DNA of 64,000 nucleotides from Candidatus Multivoradales bacterium (GTDB lineage Bacteria; Acidobacteriota; Thermoanaerobaculia; Multivoradales; JAHEKO01): NCBI GenBank assembly GCA_965223855.1, contig CBDCXM010000009.1, positions 32,001 to 96,000 of the forward strand, read 5' to 3'. Shown piece by piece: positions 60,881 to 64,000 of this stretch (position 1 is its first letter; each line of letters starts with the position of its first letter). The notes under the pieces were generated by a model. It saw only the letters and a program-made list of their open reading frames with translations, ran no database searches and was not told where the DNA came from. The position numbers and the translations under genes were made by a program.

Positions 60881-61795
60881 CTACCCCGCGCGCACCGTTA
60901 CCGGCAGGTAGCACGGTGGGCGGAAGCAGCCTTCGGGGAAGCCCACGTCTCGACCTCTCCGAAGCGTCTCCGCAGCCGCTCGGTACTCGATCACAAACCA
61001 CCGGTAGGCCTCTTCCATCGCCCGACGCACCTTGCCGTCACAGGCATGGAACCTCGGGGCAGGGGTGCGCTCGAAGTGTTCAGGCCGGTCGTGAGGATCC
61101 TGCGCCAGGATCGCCTGGCGCCCCAGCACCGGCTTGCCGGTCTCTTCGTGGTCCTTCTCCACGGCCTTGACCATCTCGCGGACTCGCTTGCGATAGTCCG
61201 AGCTGTCGAGGTGCTCCCAGCAAGGGATCGGAGTCAGCTCTAGACGATGCTTGGAGGCGAAGCGTGCCGGAGGATTCGCCTCTCCGCGGCGGGACGCTCG
61301 ATACTGCTCCGAACGGTCGATCCACTCGCCTTCCATCGTCTCTCCCGAGAGAAGCGCATGCGTACTCGTCGCTCCAGGCCAGTGGCGCGGTGAAGCAACG
61401 AGTCGCTCCTTGACGCCCTGCTCGAGGAGATAGCGGAGTCGCCGAACGTGATCCTCAGGCGTTTCGCTGACGACGACATCCGTGTAGCGACGGCCCCAGA
61501 AACGCTCCCTCCAGTCGTGCAGCCTTCCGATCTCGCGCGCGACATTGGAATTGACGTAGGCCATGAAGCTGGCCATCTGCTGAACGTCGGTAGGCCTCAG
61601 GAGCAGGTGAGCGTGGTTCGACAGGTAGACGAAGCCGCAGACCCGCATCGCGGTTCTTTCTTGAGCGCGCGCGAGAATTCCGACGACGCGGTCGCGCACC
61701 TTGGCTGAGGGTCGCAGCAGATAGCGGCCCTGTTGGGTCCGGACCGTGATCTCGACCAGCGACTCTTCCGGCAGGTAGCGAAGCTTCCTAGACAT
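60881..61795 (-). mobile_element. REP-associated tyrosine (Y1 HUH) transposase, RAYT-like
   Basis: EITVRTQQGRYLL, HUH motif YLSNHAHLLL, FWGRRY, LRY...GVKERLV...W..ATS. Confidence 0.85.
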
Positions 61796-61833
61796 TCCAT
61801 GGAGAAGGACGCGACCGAGGCGGCGAATCTTGC

Positions 61834-61851
61834 ACTATTCACCCGGCACCT
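61834..61851 (-). repeat. Inverted copy of the REP-like unit
   Basis: Minus strand AGGTGCCGGGTGAATAGT. Confidence 0.85.
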
Positions 61852-61897
61852 GTTCTCGGCGGCGCCCTGAGCGGCCCAGTTCCCGACCCCTCTTCCA

Positions 61898-61925
61898 ACA
61901 CACGATAAAATATCTTATCGGGCCT
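61898..61925. other. dif/Xer-like 28-bp site (11-6-11)
   Basis: ACACACGATAA-AATATC-TTATCGGGCCT, with an AT-rich core in GC-rich DNA. Confidence 0.4.
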
Positions 61926-61972
61926 AAACCCTTGATACGGAGAGAGTTCCTACCGCTCCCACCCTCGACTCG

Positions 61973-63418
61973 CTACCCTTCCCAATTCGGCGCCACCAAC
62001 CGCCGCCGGCCACCACTGGACAGAGCGACCCCTGGCTCCTCCAACCCCTCTCGATCCCACAACTGACAGGTCACCTGCTTGTGCTTCTGATCGAGGCCTT
62101 CGCAGTAGTTGGAGTAGACGCAGCGGCGGACTTCCTTTCCTCGGCCGAGGCGTATTTTCAGGAACCAGTCGGGGTCGGCGAGGCTCTGGCGCGCGGCGGC
62201 GACGATGTCGGCCTGGTCTTGTTGAAGAATCGCCTCCGCCTGGTCGAAGCCGTGGATGCCACCGGCGACGACGATAGGGGTCTCGAAGCCGGCGGCGCGG
62301 ACGGCGTGACGGATCCGTTCGGTCGGTTCGAGGTTACGGCCGAAGGGTCCCTGCTCGTCGGAAATCGCGGTCGGCATGCACTCGTAGCCGCTGGGGCCGG
62401 TGTAGGGGTAGGCGGCCCAGCCGATGCGGGGCTGTTTGGCGTCCTCGAACTTGCCGCCGCGGGATAGCGACAGGAAGTCGAGACCCTCCCCTGCTAGGCG
62501 CGTGCCGAACCAGGCGGCGTCCTCGACGGTCGAACCGCCGTCGATGCAGTCTTCGGAGAGGTAGCGGCAGCCGACGGCGAAGCTCTCCCCCACCTGCGCC
62601 CGCACCGCCGCCACGACTTCGAGCGGCAGCCGCACCCGGCCTTCGAGTGAGCCGCCGTAGCCGTCGGTGCGGGTGTTGCGGGCGGAGAGGAACGACGCCA
62701 TGGTGTAGGCATGCGCGAAGTGAAGCTCGACGCCGTCGAAGCCGGCCTGTTCCGCGCGGCTGGAGGCGGCGGCGAAGAGCTCGGGCAGCACGGCCGGCAG
62801 GTCGCGGATCTCGGGCTGGTCGACGTCGGTGACCCGCTGGCGATAGCCGTAGCGCAGCGACTCGAGCTCGCGTTCGTCGAGGACGGTCTCGAGGGCCTCG
62901 TCGTCGAGCGTCGCGAGCCGGGTGCGTACCTCCGTCTCGTCCTCGATGCCGAGCCCTTCGCGGTGTCGATCGGTGATCTCGAGGTAGCGAGCGAAGTACT
63001 TCTCCGGATCGGGTCGGCGGCGGATGGTGAGGAAGTCGATCACCTGGATCAGCAGCCGGGTGCGGCCGTCGCTCGCCCGCCGCACCGTCTCGACCAGTGC
63101 CTTCAGCCCGGGGAGGAAGCGGTCGTGACCGATCCTCAGGAGCGGGCCGCTCGGTACGTCGCGAATCCCGGTCGCTTCGACCACCAGGGCGCCGGGCTGC
63201 CCGCGGGCGAAGCGTTCGTACCAGGCGAGCACGTCTTCGGTGACGAACCCGTACTCGGTCGCCCGCCACGGCACCATCGCCGGCACCCAGGTGCGCTCGG
63301 CGAGATGCATCGGCCCGACCTCGATCGGCGAGAAGAGCTTCGAGGCAGCCGCCTCGTCGGCGGTCGGCCATGCCACCTCGGGCAGCTCGTGGCGGATCCG
63401 CTCGGGGGGCTTCCACAT
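61973..63418 (-). CDS. NADH:flavin oxidoreductase (OYE family)
   Basis: RTWVPAMVPW, GFDGVELHFAHAYTMASFLS, ARQSLADPDW, C.YSNYC. Confidence 0.88.
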   Translation of the reverse strand: MWKPPERIRHELPEVAWPTADEAAASKLFSPIEVGPMHLAERTWVPAMVPWRATEYGFVTEDVLAWYERFARGQPGALVVEATGIRDVPSGPLLRIGHDRFLPGLKALVETVRRASDGRTRLLIQVIDFLTIRRRPDPEKYFARYLEITDRHREGLGIEDETEVRTRLATLDDEALETVLDERELESLRYGYRQRVTDVDQPEIRDLPAVLPELFAAASSRAEQAGFDGVELHFAHAYTMASFLSARNTRTDGYGGSLEGRVRLPLEVVAAVRAQVGESFAVGCRYLSEDCIDGGSTVEDAAWFGTRLAGEGLDFLSLSRGGKFEDAKQPRIGWAAYPYTGPSGYECMPTAISDEQGPFGRNLEPTERIRHAVRAAGFETPIVVAGGIHGFDQAEAILQQDQADIVAAARQSLADPDWFLKIRLGRGKEVRRCVYSNYCEGLDQKHKQVTCQLWDREGLEEPGVALSSGGRRRLVAPNWEG

Positions 63419-63431
63419 CGCGGCGGCGCCC

Positions 63432-64000
63432 CTATCGAGCCGGCAGCTTGCGGGCGATCACCAGCCGTTGGATGTCGCTCGCTCCTTCGTAGATCCTGAG
63501 CGCTCGCACCGAGCGGTAGAGGTGATCGACCGGGCTGTCCGCGAGCACACCGCGGCCGCCGAGGATCTGTACCGCGCGATCGACGACCTTCTGGGTGGTC
63601 TCGGTGGCGGTGAGCTTGGCCATCGCCGAGCGCAGCGACACTTCGTCCCGTTCGAGGTCGCTCTCCCAGGCGGCGCGGTAGGTCAGGAGCCGCGCCGCCT
63701 CGAGCTCGGTCGCCATGTCGGCGAGCGACGCCTGGACGAGCTGGAAGTCGCCCAGTGGGCGGTCGAACTGGCGCCGCTCGGCGGCGTGACGGCGCGCTTC
63801 GGCAAGCGCTCGCGACGCCATGCCGCAGGCCGCCGCGGCCACCGTTACCCGCAACCGGTCGAGGGTCGCCATGCCGAGAGCGAAACCGCGGCCCTCTTCG
63901 CCGAGCAGGTGGTCGGCAGGAACGCGGCAGCTCGAGAACTCGATCTCCCCGAGAGGATGGGGCGCGGAGAGGACCTGGGCCCGCTTGAAGCGCAGTCCCT
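63432..64000 (-). CDS. Acyl-CoA dehydrogenase, 5' end outside the window
   Basis: GEEGRGF, RRQF, AMAKL, QILGGRG, RIYEGASDIQR. Confidence 0.92.
   Translation of the reverse strand, partial: GLRFKRAQVLSAPHPLGEIEFSSCRVPADHLLGEEGRGFALGMATLDRLRVTVAAAACGMASRALAEARRHAAERRQFDRPLGDFQLVQASLADMATELEAARLLTYRAAWESDLERDEVSLRSAMAKLTATETTQKVVDRAVQILGGRGVLADSPVDHLYRSVRALRIYEGASDIQRLVIARKLPAR

Overview
High-GC bacterial DNA. An Acidobacteriota/Thermoanaerobaculia-like origin is inferred from the FxDGFESGD-tailed protein, the Rhs type and the ACIII operon, and is not proven. Left half, mostly housekeeping: a partial LytS-type kinase with an accessory gene and LytTR-like boxes; a pantothenate/CoA cluster (panBECD, coaX, split coaC/coaB) with a structured panB leader; a Rex-box-preceded alternative complex III plus caa3 oxidase operon (actABCDEFG-sco-coxBACD); and an ArsR/SRPBCC pair. 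At 24.3-30.4 kb is an unexplained module: a sulfotransferase divergent from two alkaline-phosphatase-superfamily enzymes of opposite predicted topology, an RHH protein ending in LxxLGY, and a DUF106/EMC3-like membrane protein. Aromatic-CoA degradation genes (benzoate-type CoA ligase, thioesterase, AbmA-like monooxygenase, OYE, acyl-CoA dehydrogenase) surround a ~20 kb accessory island (42.2-61.9 kb). The island holds a Sec-exported Rhs toxin with 11 Cys-rich repeats inserted in its shell, an HNH tip and a DUF4265 candidate immunity gene; a minimal aerolysin-like protein; a 1306-aa FG-GAP protein with two pore-like hairpins; a CadC-like regulator; and a RAYT transposase with flanking repeats next to a dif-like site. 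Five frameshifts, each repairable by one base, are probably read errors. No rRNA, tRNA or CRISPR array was seen. All family calls come from motif recognition by eye; no searches were run.
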